From NCBI GenBank assembly GCA_951406725.2, contig OX597815.1:136896001-136960000 (forward strand): 64,000 nt of DNA, written 5' to 3'. The notes beneath the pieces are model-generated. The model did no database searches and was not told the DNA's origin. It saw only the letters and a list, made by a program, of their open reading frames with translations. Below, one piece after another: positions 39,922-54,005 of this stretch; position 1 is the stretch's first letter; each line of letters opens with the position of its first letter. The position numbers were made by a program, and so were the translations under genes. The stretch comes from Octopus vulgaris. Its lineage: Eukaryota.

Positions 39922-40665
39922 TCTATATATAAAACTGAAATGCGTTTGGACCTTTGGATCGCTTTCAAGGCCACTACAACCCGTCGGATCGACTCCAAAA
40001 TTTACAGGGACATGTAAAATGAGGTGACGATGCCCGTGGGCTACCTTAGAAATCCCTATCTTAAAAGGTGTCGTTGCTAGGGCCAAAAACCCGCTTTGAC
40101 AAGTCCACTCCCATTCTTTTACGTATCTGTCTTCCTCACTCACGCTATTTCCTCCATTCCCCTCTAACTCCCCTTCAGTTTCCCTTTATAAGTTCGTCAA
40201 ACGGCGTTCTTTATCTCGCTGTCTGCGTTCATAGAGAGAATTATCATCGCCACAAACAACACACAATCATGAGAACAAATATTATGAATCAGATATTTCT
40301 TGCGTTCATTTATATATGTGTGTGTGTGTGTGTGTGTGTTCTATATATAAATATGTATATATAATGTATATATACAAAGTGTATATATCTATATTTATGT
40401 ATATTAAACTTTTTAATACTTTTTCATAGTTATATATATTTTTAAACAAATTATAAATATACTTTAATAATTTTTATTTTAAATTTAAATAATTTAAATT
40501 TTTCAATTTTATATATTTTCTATATTATATTTTTATTTTTATGTTTTTGTTTTTGGTTTTTCTCTGTTTGATTTGCCTATTAGTGGTTTTATCTCTAATT
40601 TAATTCATACATATATATATATAAAATTTGTATACATTTGTATATATAATGCGTGCACACACACG

Positions 40666-40713
<48 letters not shown>

Positions 40714-41904
40714 CACACACACATATTGTCGGTCGGTTCAGCTGAAAATACGCAGACCTATGTTAAAAGTGCTGGCAAGTTTGCATGACAACTATTTTTT
40801 CCTCAAATGAAGCGCATGACCTCTAGGACAAAATTCATCATCTTATAAAATGTGGCCCCAGTAGACCCGAATGAAATCGGGTTATATTAACCAAAATGTG
40901 AAAAGGGGTCTAAATGGGGCTGGAAAGGGATTAAAATTTAAATGAGCGAGTGTTTAGGAATTCTCTGTTATATCAAGCTAAAAAATTTGCACTAGCCTTT
41001 TAATCGTCAATGTGTTGCCGTCCATGATGAAGAAGTTTTGAATGCTTGCCATGGTGAGTCTACTGTCGTGAGAAAGAATCACTTCAAAACTTGGTGTTTA
41101 CGAATTTTCTTTTACATCAAGCTCAAAATTTTACGCCAGCCGTTAAACTGTCAATACGTTGCCGTCCGTCGTTAAGAAATGACAGCCATGATGACTCTAC
41201 TATCTTCAGATTCTATCCCTTCAAACTTTGGTTTCCAATATTTTATTATTTTTATTCAGCACGCAAGTTCGTCTGTCCCTTTTGAATGTTAGTGTTTTGC
41301 TGTCTGCCTTGAAGCAGACCTTTCCGTTGCCACTGCCTGATATTTAGATTGATCTTTCTAAATATTTTATTTCTCAACTTACTCAAGACCTTTTGTTGTT
41401 TATAAATGGGAGAGAGATAGATAAAGATAGAGAGTAAGAGAAAGCGAGGGAGTGTCCGAGAGAAAAGAAAAGTAAGAGAGTGGGAAAGTGAGAGAGAAAG
41501 GAGAGAGAAACAAAGAGGGAGAATCATCATCATCATCATCATCATCATCGTTTAACGTCCGTTTTCCGTGCTAGCACGGGTTGGACAGTTTGACCGGGGT
41601 CTGGGAAGCCAGGAGGCTGCACCAGGCTCCAGTCTGATCTGGCAATGTTTCTACAGGTAGATGACCTTCCTAACGCCAACCACTCTGTAGTGGGTACTTT
41701 TTTCGTGCCGCCGGCACAGGTACCAGGGGTGCTGGCAGCGTCCACGATCGGTTGGTGCTTTTTACGTGCCACCGGCACAGAAGCCAGTCAAGGCGGCGCT
41801 GCAATCGGCCACGTTCGGATGGTGCTTTTTACGTGCTGAAAGGAAGCCACAGAAAGTAACAACCACACTCTTACCCGCGCGTAGAGCGGGTCACCTTCAG
41901 CTAG
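39922..41904 (+). mobile_element. Non-autonomous Helitron unit H2 (complete)
   Basis: Starts TCTATATATAAAA; ends with hairpin 41873-41891 and CTAG|T at 41901-41905. Confidence 0.82.
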
Positions 41905-41943
<39 letters not shown>

Positions 41944-42714
41944 GGTTGCTTTCACTTTCCGTTTACCAAATCCACTCACAAACGCGTGCGTGCATGTATA
42001 TATATTTAAATAGTACTTGAGATTCTTTCCACATGTAATTTCGCCTGGGCTGATTTCATCGTCTTTAAAATATTCCTGATTTCTCGGCCTTTAGACAGTT
42101 TTTTCTTTACCATCTTTTCTATTTACATTAAAAGTACGTATGTTAATATCGCAGTAATAAATAAATGTCCGCCTTGCCGTAGCACACAGGCTTAAACTCA
42201 TTATTTATCAATTCCAAACATAACGGTATTTGTTATCTCGCTTTTATAATGTATTATATTTAAGAAGACGTTTACTTTTCTTGTAATGAAAAATGTTAAG
42301 GTTTTTAGTATAGAGGTTTGTAATGTGTTTTGACATGATATCAACAAAATACGAATGGTTGTTTATGTATGTATAATGAAAATAAGACCAATTATCTTTT
42401 AATGGTGACGAATAGACTTTTCGCTTTCGAGAACAATTGCCTTGATAAATTCAAAACTAAACCGATCTTGTATCGTACTTTTTATAATTATTCTTACTAC
42501 ATCTTTCTAATGCGGTTATAGAAGAATCATCATCCAATGCGAACATTCTTACTACAAAAATAAATATTGCTCATTTTATTTGCTTTAATGTTATTTTTAA
42601 AGTGTGTAAATTATATCCATCTTAACTAACAGATGTATTTACATTGTTTATGTACCAGAATAATTAATTTAAAGTTAGTACAATGAATGTATAAATATAT
42701 AATTATCTTCTTAA

Positions 42715-42800
42715 AGACTCCGCCGGTTACGACGACGAGGGTCCCAGCTGATACGATCAACGGAACAGCTTGCTCGTGAAATTAACGTGCAAATGGCTCA
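42715..42800 (-). mobile_element. Interspersed repeat (probable SINE 3' part); longer copy at 48460-48650
   Basis: ACGAGGGT..CAG.TG.T..ATCAA.GGAACA..TTGCTCGTG...GAAATTAACGTGCAA shared by both copies. Confidence 0.6.
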
Positions 42801-43751
42801 CAACGCGTTCTACATAAACAAGATATCTCAGTATGGAACAAAATATTTGCGTCGGATGTATAATAGTCGGGTTTGAAATCTGATTTCACCAGATATATGT
42901 CCTACAAATGACCCAGTTCGTTTTACTGTACTTACAGGTAACTGTGCATCCTGTGAATAGATAGAACGTATATTGAAAAAAATAATGATCTGGTGATTAA
43001 AAGATAAGATACATTTCTAATAGTGTGGTTCCGGATTCCATCCCACTTCGTGATGTGTTTGACAAGTGTCTTCTAATAAAAGTTCTTGATTGATCAGGTC
43101 TTGTAATTGAAAACATAGTAGCAGAAACTGTTCAGAACCCTATGGTATAGACCATCCTTATAATCGGATTTTGCATTTACATTTTTTCCAGATTGAATAC
43201 CAATGACTTGCTTGCGATTGCCGTTAGGAGAGTGCTTAGTGCAGCATGCTTTCTGACGAGGTTTACCGAGTTTACAACCATTTCATGATCTACTTCTTAT
43301 TGAAACTCCACTACTAGTAGTGCCCTACTCTCTATCTTTAATCAGTCTTGCACACATCAAAATACGCCCTCTCATGATCAATTCATAAAAAAGCATATAG
43401 TTGATTATTGTTTAACATCGAAAGTTATTTGACATGACAAAAATTTAATGTAATGCACCTATATACATGATGGGTATAGGCCTCGAAATTATAATAAATA
43501 TTCTTGATATAATATGAAACATAAATTAACAACGATTTCAATGTAGAGAACGATCTTGTGGAATTAGTCTGAATTGTGTTACTAATTTGTATTTCTCTTG
43601 AAAAAGTTAAATTGTTGCAAATATAATGTAATTTGTACTGCAAATTTTAATGAATATTAAAAGCATTAAATCATTTCTTTAAGTGCTACAGGTTTTTTCT
43701 TTGACCAGTAAAGATGCTTGTAAATTTATGGTCATATAAATTGCGATATAC

Positions 43752-43807
<56 letters not shown>

Positions 43808-44721
43808 CTTCCAGTAATAAAGCATTTTTACTTAAGCAATCATACTTAGGAGTTAACTTTAGTGGAAAAGTTCAGACGTGTTTAATTAAAGTGTAGACAT
43901 TCCTATTGAAGTCTGATCTAGAATGTATTACTGTTGTCTTTATATATAATGAAGGAAACTTTGAGATGGATTTAATAGACTTATGAGCAATTTGTCATTG
44001 AGAGTCGTATTATTGACCAGATGTAAGGGATATGATATATAATATATATGATATGGTAGAGGAATTGAATATAATTTTATTAGTCGATTGAAATCGGTAT
44101 GTTTGTGAGACAAAGAGAAAGGAGGACTAAAATAGAGAGAATGAGGACGTGCAGGGGAGGGGGCAGAGAAAAGGGATATCTGAGAATATAATATAAAACA
44201 AATGTATAAATAAATTCTATTGCTAAGGTTTCTCTTGTATCAGATAAAATGGAAATATAAATGGAGTGAAAATAATCTGGTTTATATATAAAAAGCGAGG
44301 TGATTCTAGATATACAGCAAATAGGGGAACAGAGGCGAGAAAGAGACGGAAAGAGAAAATAAGGAGAGAATTGAAAAGGAAATAGACTGCCGATGGTGTC
44401 TAAGTGTTAAATACCTGTTAGAGAGGTGATCGATTACATTGAAAGAGAAGCAGGCGTTACAACTGGTTCTGAATACATAAAGAATTCCGCAAAAGGATAA
44501 AAGAATAATGCAATAGAGAAATACAGAGTAGCGTGACCTGTTGGATATAATAAAAATATCTGTAACTAAGCCACAGAAGCAACAACATAGTTTTAGAGAA
44601 ACACACCTACTGGCTATGTATAACACTCCACAAACTATATAAAATTTCCTAGAATAAGCAAAAGTTGTAAGTAGCAGCAGTCTCGTAGCCGATAAAATCA
44701 ATCTTAACATATTACTGGTAC

Positions 44722-44920
44722 TAAGGCGGTGACCTGGCAGAAACATTAGCTCGCCGGGCAAAATGATTCGCAGCATTTAGTCCGCCTTTACGTTTTGAGT
44801 TCATGTTCCACCGAGGTCGATTTTGCTTTTCACCCTTTCTGGATCACTGCAGTAGATGTAATCGACTTTAACCCCTTTCCTGAAATTGCTGGTCTTGTGT
44901 CAGGAATTTCAAACTAATAG
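44722..44920 (+). mobile_element. SINE family A, type-2 tail
   Basis: AAGGCGGTGACCTGGCAGAAAC...GAGTTCATGTTCCACCGAGGTCGA...TGCTGGTCTTGTG. Confidence 0.85.
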
Positions 44921-46053
44921 ATTACTGGTACTTCGGAATGCAGAAATTCTGATGGTAAAGTCATTAGTGTTTTCATTTTAGTCTTTTAAACCTCCACCAT
45001 TGCTCTTTCTCCATATTCACCACATAAAGTTTCTAGAACCTCATTGCACTCAGCTGTAACTAGGTATCCTATGTTGGTCCAACTCAATGTAGAGATGATG
45101 AGAAATCTGTGATCAACAATTACGCTTTAAATGTAACATTAAGTTCATGCATATCAGAAATCAGCTAAGGGTAGAAATATCTGATGTATACTCAACCACT
45201 TATGCAATGAATGGATAGTTTCCTTAATCGAACAACTGAAACAGACCTCATGTATGCTTAATGGGGTAACATTTAATTTTTGGACAAGTGAAAATATACA
45301 TGTGAGTGTGTGTACGTATATATGCATATATGTATCTATCTATATAAATATGTAGCTATCTTAACAAGCATTTTTTTTTAATTTTCTAGAAGGAAGGATC
45401 TGATTTCTAATCTAAAACCAAAATCCTGGCTGGAATCTTGATAATGAGAATGCAATAATCCGAATAAGCGTACTCAGGTTGAGCCTTAACAGTTTTCATA
45501 TTTGTACTGTTCTGCTGACAGACAGTACGGAAGAGTCTAGCTCTTCCATACTGTCACTTGAACATAAATGTATCATTGATGTATATATAAAATGTATGAA
45601 TAGACATATGTATAGGTCAGACTGTCAGTATTCATACCTTCAATTTAGAAAATTCTATACCTCTGTATTCCACTGCTCTATTTAAACGGATTTCTATAAT
45701 GCCGATCAATCCACCAAATGCAGTAGCGAAATCGGTTACAAATCAAATAGTACTGTCTCAGAATCGAGAATACGGATTGGATAATGCAATCGTTTTAACA
45801 GTATTGTCCAACAAAACGGGATCGAAAATTACCTAGACTGTCAAAATTTGATTCTAATTATTACCAACTTTGAGATAAGCGAAAACATCTTGCTGAATCA
45901 TTTCGTTTAAATATATTCTGCTGTTTGCGGAGATTTGTGAATACTATAAGTCTAGCCCCGGAAACATTTTATCGCGTGCCAAACCTGCGCTAACCGTAAC
46001 ATACATCATTTAAAATATAATCCCGCCGCTGATATTTTACCTCATTAATGATG

Positions 46054-46096
<43 letters not shown>

Positions 46097-46415
46097 TAAA
46101 TAAATGGCACAACGATGTACCGATATTTACTGGAAATAGCGAAGTAATAAATACGACGCTAATGTATAGCTTCACTGCGTATGTACTAGTAAAGATGCGT
46201 GTGTGCACCAAACATGAAAAAAATTGCCTTACCTCTAGGAAGAACATCTGAAAAATGAAAAACCTAGATAACGGATAATGCAGTACCGGTTTCGGATTTC
46301 TCAAAATACGAATGTCAATCGTATAATTGATTTATCCTCATCAGCTGCATAAAACTCAACAATATTTCAAATGTTGCCACATCCATACCAGTACACTCGT
46401 CTGAACGCCAAAACG

Positions 46416-46834
<419 letters not shown>

Positions 46835-46936
46835 CAATTGAGGATAAAATCTTTAAAAGAAATTATCAGTAGTCAGCGTGAAACACCTCGTAAGAGAAAA
46901 AAATCCGTAAATTCTTCCTCTTTGAAAATATTCATT

Positions 46937-47535
46937 TATATTATATTGAGGGTACTACTATTCGTATATACCAACACGCTAAGAGGGACCAATGCGGTCA
47001 AAACTACTAAAAATAAACAAAATTTTACCGAATGCAAAACTTCAAAACACATCATTTTAAAAAAGAATTCAGTTACATATCACATGTGATTTCGCATTTA
47101 ATGCAGAATATGTATTTCATGTTCGTCAGTGCAACAAACTCAAGAAATATAAGAAAAAACATAACATTACAAACTCGATAGCCAACCGTAGAATTCGTCG
47201 TAGCTTGTACGAATGTTTATCCTTACATATCTATGAAAATGGCGGGCTTTTCGCAATGCATTTCGGTAACAAATTGCCTAGTCGGAATAAAAATTCAGTA
47301 TAACTATTCCGGTGATATAAATAACAATTGATAAAATCTTTATATCAGTAGTCAGCGTGAAAAACCTCGTATATTCTTCCTATATATATATATATAGATA
47401 TAAGAGGGACCAATGCGGTCAAAACTACTAAAAATAAACAAAATTTTACCGAATGCAAAACTTCAAAACACATCATTTTAAAAAAGAATTTAGTAGTTTT
47501 GACCGCATTGGTCCCTCTTAGCTTAGTAGTACTCA

Positions 47536-47545
<10 letters not shown>
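46937..47545. mobile_element. Inverted-repeat (MITE-like) element with a duplicated left arm
   Basis: GCTAAGAGGGACCAATGCGGTCAAAACTACTAAA at 46978 (repeated at 47401) and its exact reverse complement at 47489-47522. Confidence 0.7.
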
Positions 47546-47589
<44 letters not shown>

Positions 47590-47593
<4 letters not shown>

Positions 47594-47758
47594 TGTGTGG
47601 TAAGTAGATGGCCTAACATGATTCCGGGTTCAGTGTCACCACTGCGTGATACCTTGGGCAAGTGTCTTCTACTACAGCCTCGGGCCGACCAAAGTCTTGT
47701 GAGTGGATTTGGTAGACGTAAACTGAAAGAAGCTCGTCGTATATACATACATATATAC

Positions 47759-47808
<50 letters not shown>

Positions 47809-48015
47809 AATAATATATGCATTTATGTGGCTGTGTTTGCCCCCACCATCGCTTGACAGCCGATGTTTGTGTGTTTACGTCCCCCGTAACTTAGCGGTTC
47901 GGCAAAAGAGTCCGATAGAATGAGTGCTAGGCTTACAAGTCCTGGGGTCGAGTTGTTCGACTAAAGGCAGTGCTCCAGCATGGTTGCACTCAAATGTCGG
48001 AAGCATGTAAAAGAA
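47590..48015 (+). mobile_element. SINE family B
   Basis: GGCTGTGTGGTAAGTAG...GGTTCAGTG...GGCAGTGCTCCAGCATGG. Confidence 0.9.
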
Positions 48016-48961
48016 TATAATAATGCACAAACGCACGCACACTCACACAGAATGAGAAAGTGGGAGGAACAGACAAACCAATGTGATGCAATACCTTAAC
48101 ATCACCATATACTATTTTAGCAATAAATAAAATGTTTTGCAGAAATTATTTTCTCTTTTTTTTCTCTCGCATTCTCTCCCCATATATACGTGTGTGTGTG
48201 TGTGTGTGTGTGTAGTTATGTATTTAGATATATATTAATAGAATTATTCAGAATTGTAACATTTGATTTGTCATGAACGTTCTTCGGGTTCACAGCGTTT
48301 TCCATCTTGTATTTGCTATTCACGGAGGTAGATGTGGTAGCTATATACCCAAAACTTACTGCTTATGATTATAAAGTAATGTTTACCAGCATTTATGCTC
48401 ATTCAAGTACAGAGTAAAACAGAGTAAAACACAATTCCCTCTTTTGTCTACCTGGAACACAGCCTGTTATGATAACGAGGGTTCAGTTGGATCCTATCAA
48501 AGGAACATCTTGCTCGTGTGCTCTTGAAATTAACGTGCAAGTGGCTCACAATCTTGCAGACACACGTACCCTTAACATAGTTTTCGGGGAGAATGTGATA
48601 AGTGTAGAACTTTTGAAATACAAGTACTACTTATTTTTTTCCAGCTAAGCAGGAAACCACTCCGCATAAACCCACTTTGTGTGTTCTCTACAAAGTGTCC
48701 CTTATTCGCCTGGATCCTAAAGGAAAACGTTCATTTCTTGGTAAGAGGCTCCGCTATGTGTTGTACTATGTATACTTTTTCGCAAACGAACTCACTATGC
48801 ATATACATTATGTGTGTGTGTTATATTTCTTTTACTACTTACCGCTCGAGAGTTGTAGCCATGCTGGAGCACCGCCGTTACAAGTGGTCAATAAGCCACT
48901 ACAGAGAATCGAACTTATCTCTCAAATTCTGATTGAGAGTTCTCAACCTTTGAGCTAAACG

Positions 48962-48976
48962 ATGTATGTGTGTATG

Positions 48977-49025
<49 letters not shown>

Positions 49026-49405
49026 GTGTGAGTGTGTGTGTGAGTGTGTGTGTGCGTGTATGTATGTATGTATGTATGTGTGTGTGTATGTATGTGTGTG
49101 TATGTATGTATGTGTGTGTGTGTATGTATGTATGTATGTATGTATGTATGTATGTGTGAGTGCGTATGTATGTATGTATGTATGTGTGTATGTATGTATG
49201 TATGTATGTATGTATGTATGTGTGTGTGCGTATGTATGTATGTATGTGTGTGTGCGTATGTATGTATGTATGTATGCGTGTTTGTATGTATGTATGTATG
49301 TATGTATGTATGTATGTATGAATGTATGTATGTATGTATGTGTGTGTGTGTGTATGTATGTATATGTGTGTGAATGTATGTATGTATGTATGTATGAGTG
49401 TGTAT
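48962..49405. repeat. (ATGT)n/(GT)n compound microsatellite
   Basis: Direct inspection. Confidence 0.97.
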
Positions 49406-49701
49406 ACACACAAGCGAATTTAACTTAGGTATACTGAATAATCCTTGGAGATACAAATCGAAGCAGATTTATAACAGTTTATTTCTGATAAGAAGGGTGA
49501 AAAGCTTCTCAGAAGCAGCTTTACAGAAGCAAAATGTATTGAAACCTATTTTGCCCATAAATATAAATTTATTCCTGAATTAAGTAATTTATTAAAGCCT
49601 AGCCTATAGCTGATCAACATTAATCAGTCTGCCAGAGATTATTGTGATTAATCACGAGTTATATATCATTCAAGATTCACATAGAAATACGTATCTATAA
49701 C

Positions 49702-49750
<49 letters not shown>

Positions 49751-49815
49751 GCACATGCATATCTTTGTGTATGAATTGATAGGCAGAGAGAAACAGATAT
49801 ATATACACAAACGTG

Positions 49816-49855
<40 letters not shown>

Positions 49856-50175
49856 CTGTATTCATATATGTACGTTATGTATGTGTATGTATGTTTGTAT
49901 GTATGCTTTTATGTATGTATACACATACTCATATACTAAGAAATACACTAACAAATATGCTTCATAAAAACACGAGACAAATATTTTTACAAATATGGAC
50001 ATGTATATATGTTTGTGAGTGTGTGTGTTATGTACATTCCTTTATGTACACTGATTTGTTCAGCTTTTTATATTTAACCCTACAGTCTCTTATGTGGTGG
50101 CTTAATAAAGTATGTGATTGAGTATTATCTGGTAATTGATATTTGATTTAGATGTATTTCTCCATTTTCTTATCT

Positions 50176-50235
<60 letters not shown>

Positions 50236-50243
<8 letters not shown>

Positions 50244-51520
50244 AGCCTATTCCCCATTTTTAGGATGGGGTGGCCACACGAAGACATACACCAGGTATAC
50301 CATTCATTTCCTAGCTCAAAGAGGCGAGCAATATTCAATGCCCGGGTGAAGGCATAGAACGCAACCTGCAATATCAGCAGCGGGCCCCGACAGCATATGC
50401 TGGTTTACCCCCGCCGCATCATGCTAGTTCTGCACCACTTTGAGCAACATCAAATGCACTTCTCCGTCCACAAACACTGTCCAAGCATTCCTATCATTTA
50501 TAAATTCACTTGCTTCTCTCACTACAACACTTCTAACCACCAAAGCTTTCCTCACCTCCATCCATCCACACAAACCGAGGTCTGCCTATCACTTCTGCCT
50601 TTATCACCCGTCTTACCATCCGCTCCTCATCCATCCTCTTCATGAGGCCAAACTGCTTCAGCATGCGTCTATCCAATTTTGTTGTTAGCTTTTCTCTCAT
50701 ATCCTGCTCCCCTTCGCACCTCCTCATTCCTCATATATACGATCCGTGTCACACCAACCATAACCGTCAAATATCTCATCTCAAACATAACTAGTCGTTT
50801 CATTTCCACGTCTCTCAGCCCCCCCCCCCCCCCCCCGTCTTTGCAGTATATAACATTGTCGGTACAATCACACCCTCAAACATCTTTTCGCTTTCATACT
50901 CAACCTTTTATCTCTCTGCATACCTTTCACATCTCCAAGTATCTTACTCCCTTCCCTCACTCTATATCCCACTTCTTCAAACCCCACTCTTATCCGTCGT
51001 CACATGTGATCCCAGATACTTAAAAACAGTCACCTCCTCTAACACCTCACAATCTATACTCACATCCGTCCTACCATCTATTCCGTCTCTTGAACATCTC
51101 ATCACTTTACTCTTAGCTACATTCGCTTTCAGTTTCCTCCTCTCACACACTCTTCCAAACACTAACACAAGCCTACTCAGTTGCTCCACCGGATACTCCA
51201 CCAGTGCTGTATCATCAACAAACAACTGACTCACCTGCCATTTCTCTCCATTTTCTCCAACCATTTGGACTCACCCACCAAAGGGTTCTAGCATTCACCT
51301 CTCTCATATATAAATTAAACAGCCACGGAGATATCACATAACCTTGTCTTAACACCAACTTCACATCAAACCACTCACTTACTTCTCCATCCACCCTAAC
51401 ACACGCCCTACTTTCTCTATAAAAACTCTGTACCGCTCTCAACAATCTACGATCTACTCCATACAACCGCAACGCCTGCCACATTGCATCCCTATCCACA
51501 CGGTCATATGCCTTCACAAA
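50236..51520 (-). mobile_element. RTE-clade LINE, 5'-truncated and degraded
   Basis: KAYDRVDRDAMWQAL...LRQGYVISPWLFNLYM; LFVDDTALV; KANVAKSKVM; FKYLGS; FGLMKRMDEERMVRRV. Confidence 0.88.
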
Positions 51521-51594
51521 TGTCTAGAGAAGGCATATATATATATATAATCATATTTGTGTGTATGTATTTATATATATATGTATATATTCTT

Positions 51595-51800
51595 CTATTC
51601 TTTTACTTGCTTCAGTCATTTTACTGCAGCCACGCTGGATTATCGTTTTATAGGGTTTTATAGTCGAAGAAATCGACCTGAGGACTTATTCGTTGTAAGC
51701 TTATTACTTATTCTATCGATTTTTTTTTTGTTTTGCGGAACCGCAAATTTATTATGTAAACACACCAATATTGGTTGTCAACTGATGGAGGGAGGAAAAT
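51595..51800 (-). mobile_element. SINE family B 3' part, degraded
   Basis: TTTTACTTGCTTCAGTCATT...AGTCGAAGAAATCGACC...TTATTCTATCG. Confidence 0.7.
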
Positions 51801-51986
51801 AATAACAAAGACATACACAAACACACATTCAATTAAGAGAAGAAAATGGAGAGATGATAGTAAATAATTGTTTATTAACAAAAAAGCTGTTAAGTGTCTC
51901 TGGTATACGGAAACTGAAAGAAACCCGTGATATATATATATACAAACCATGCAATTTTAGTCCCGAGCAACGCCGGGTATCTCTGG

Positions 51987-52036
<50 letters not shown>

Positions 52037-52065
52037 TAAACACACATGCATTCCCACTCATACAG

Positions 52066-52140
<75 letters not shown>

Positions 52141-53057
52141 GTGTGTGTGCCTGTATATACATGCACATATACGATTGTGGGTTTTTTTTATCGGAATTAT
52201 TTATTCAGACAATAACTGCTGCTATAATTTTAAGCATATTATCTCTAATTAATTTATTATATAACACGGTATACACAGTAACTAAATTATCTGTTCCCGA
52301 TTGGAAATGCGCCTACAATAAAATTTCCGTAATTTATAGAATATAGATTACAAGCATGATAATGTAGTCAAAATGCGTAGAATTGATATTATAACATGAA
52401 TATTACATAAAGTATCGTCTACAATCGATAACATATCTAAATGTAACACAATCTTTTGCTAATTTCTCTCATTCCTTTTCACACATACAAATGTTGCCGT
52501 TCACATGAAGCACCACATCTACCACAAAGGCTTTTACATGGCATAACTCTATAACGAACTAAACACCGGTTTTATATCCAAAAATAAGACATTTACAAGA
52601 GGCGAGCGCGGAAAAAAATACCTTACAAAAGGTTCAAAGAGTGGAATCATACATTTTGGTAAGAGAAAGAAGAGTAACTCAATTACGTATAGCAGAGTCA
52701 TTCAAACGACATTCAGCTCCAAAACGATGTTTTCTTTCGTGTATAGAAAAATAATATATTCCCTTTTGCGAACATATTTATTTACTATTTACCTACGTCG
52801 CTGCCATTTTCGTTTGCAATAACGTCGAGGTTGTTACCATGGAACGCATCTGAGCATAACATTTTTTCCTGGGACCAGAGCCCACTCCCATATTTTTCTC
52901 TCTTTTTCTTTTCCTCTATCATTTTTCTCTGTTTTTTTTTTTTTTTTTTTGTATTCAAATGTTAAAACGTGAAATGCAATCCTTTGTATGATTGTATGAG
53001 ATAAACAGACTAGATTTGATAAAGCAACTTATGCTAGGTACGTGTTCCAGTTTTCAG

Positions 53058-53472
53058 ATTGGTGAGCTGGCAGAATCGTTAGCACCCCAAGCGAAATGCT
53101 TAGCGGTATTTCGTCTGTCTTTACGTTCTGAGTTCAAATTCCGCCGAGGTCGACATTGCCTTTCATACTTTCGGGGTCGATTAAATAAGTACCAGTTACG
53201 CACTGGGGTCGATATAATCAACTTTATCCGTTTGTCTGTCCTTGTTTGTCCTCCCTGTGTTTAGCCTCTTATGGGTAGTAAAGAAATAGGTATTTCGCCT
53301 GTCTTTACGTTCTGAGTTCAAATTCCGCCGAGGTCGACTTTGCCTTTCATCCTTTCGGGGTTGATAAATTAAGTACCAGTTACGCACTGAGATCAATGTA
53401 ATCGACTTAATCCCTTTGTCTGTCCGTGTTTGTCCCCTCTATGTTTAGCCCCTTGTGGGCAATAAAGAAATA
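53058..53472 (+). mobile_element. SINE family A head followed by two tandem 184-bp bodies with type-1 tails
   Basis: Units 53105-53288 and 53289-53472 both start GGTATTTCG and end TAAAGAAATA. Confidence 0.9.
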
Positions 53473-53633
53473 CGTTTAGATATGCTAATAAGTTTGAAAC
53501 TGGTTTTGATTTTGGATTTTGAGGAATTTATGCAATATACATCTCTTGTGTACGTGCAAGAATTTGTGTGTGCGCGCGCACGCGTATACCTGCATGTATT
53601 TGTGCACACATATAAATGCACATACACACACAT

Positions 53634-53694
<61 letters not shown>

Positions 53695-53724
53695 TGTACA
53701 CTCAAACACACAGGCGCCCGTATA

Positions 53725-53953
53725 TATGTGACGGCGCTTTGGGCTGTTGCACTCACGATCGGTAGATCGTGTGTTCCATTCACAGACCGGAAGGCGTCTT
53801 GTATTCTTAAGCAAAACGTTTCATTTCATGCTGTTCCAGTGCTCCTTTCGACCGGTGGGTGAGTGATATTAGACTGTTAAACAGCGGTGCAGCATTTTAC
53901 GATGAATAAACAACGCAAAGTGCATTGTCACCAGCGATGTGTGACAACATCTG

Positions 53954-53955
<2 letters not shown>
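53725..53955 (+). mobile_element. Degraded tRNA-derived SINE related to family C
   Basis: CTCACGATCG...GTTCCATTC...TTCTTAAGCAAAACG resembles 62860-62950. Confidence 0.5.

Positions 53956-54004
<49 letters not shown>

Positions 54005-54005
<1 letters not shown>

Noticed and set aside
49478-49590. Possible plus-strand exon FISDKKGEKLLRSSF...
   Set aside because: Weak acceptor, no recognisable protein, no partner exons
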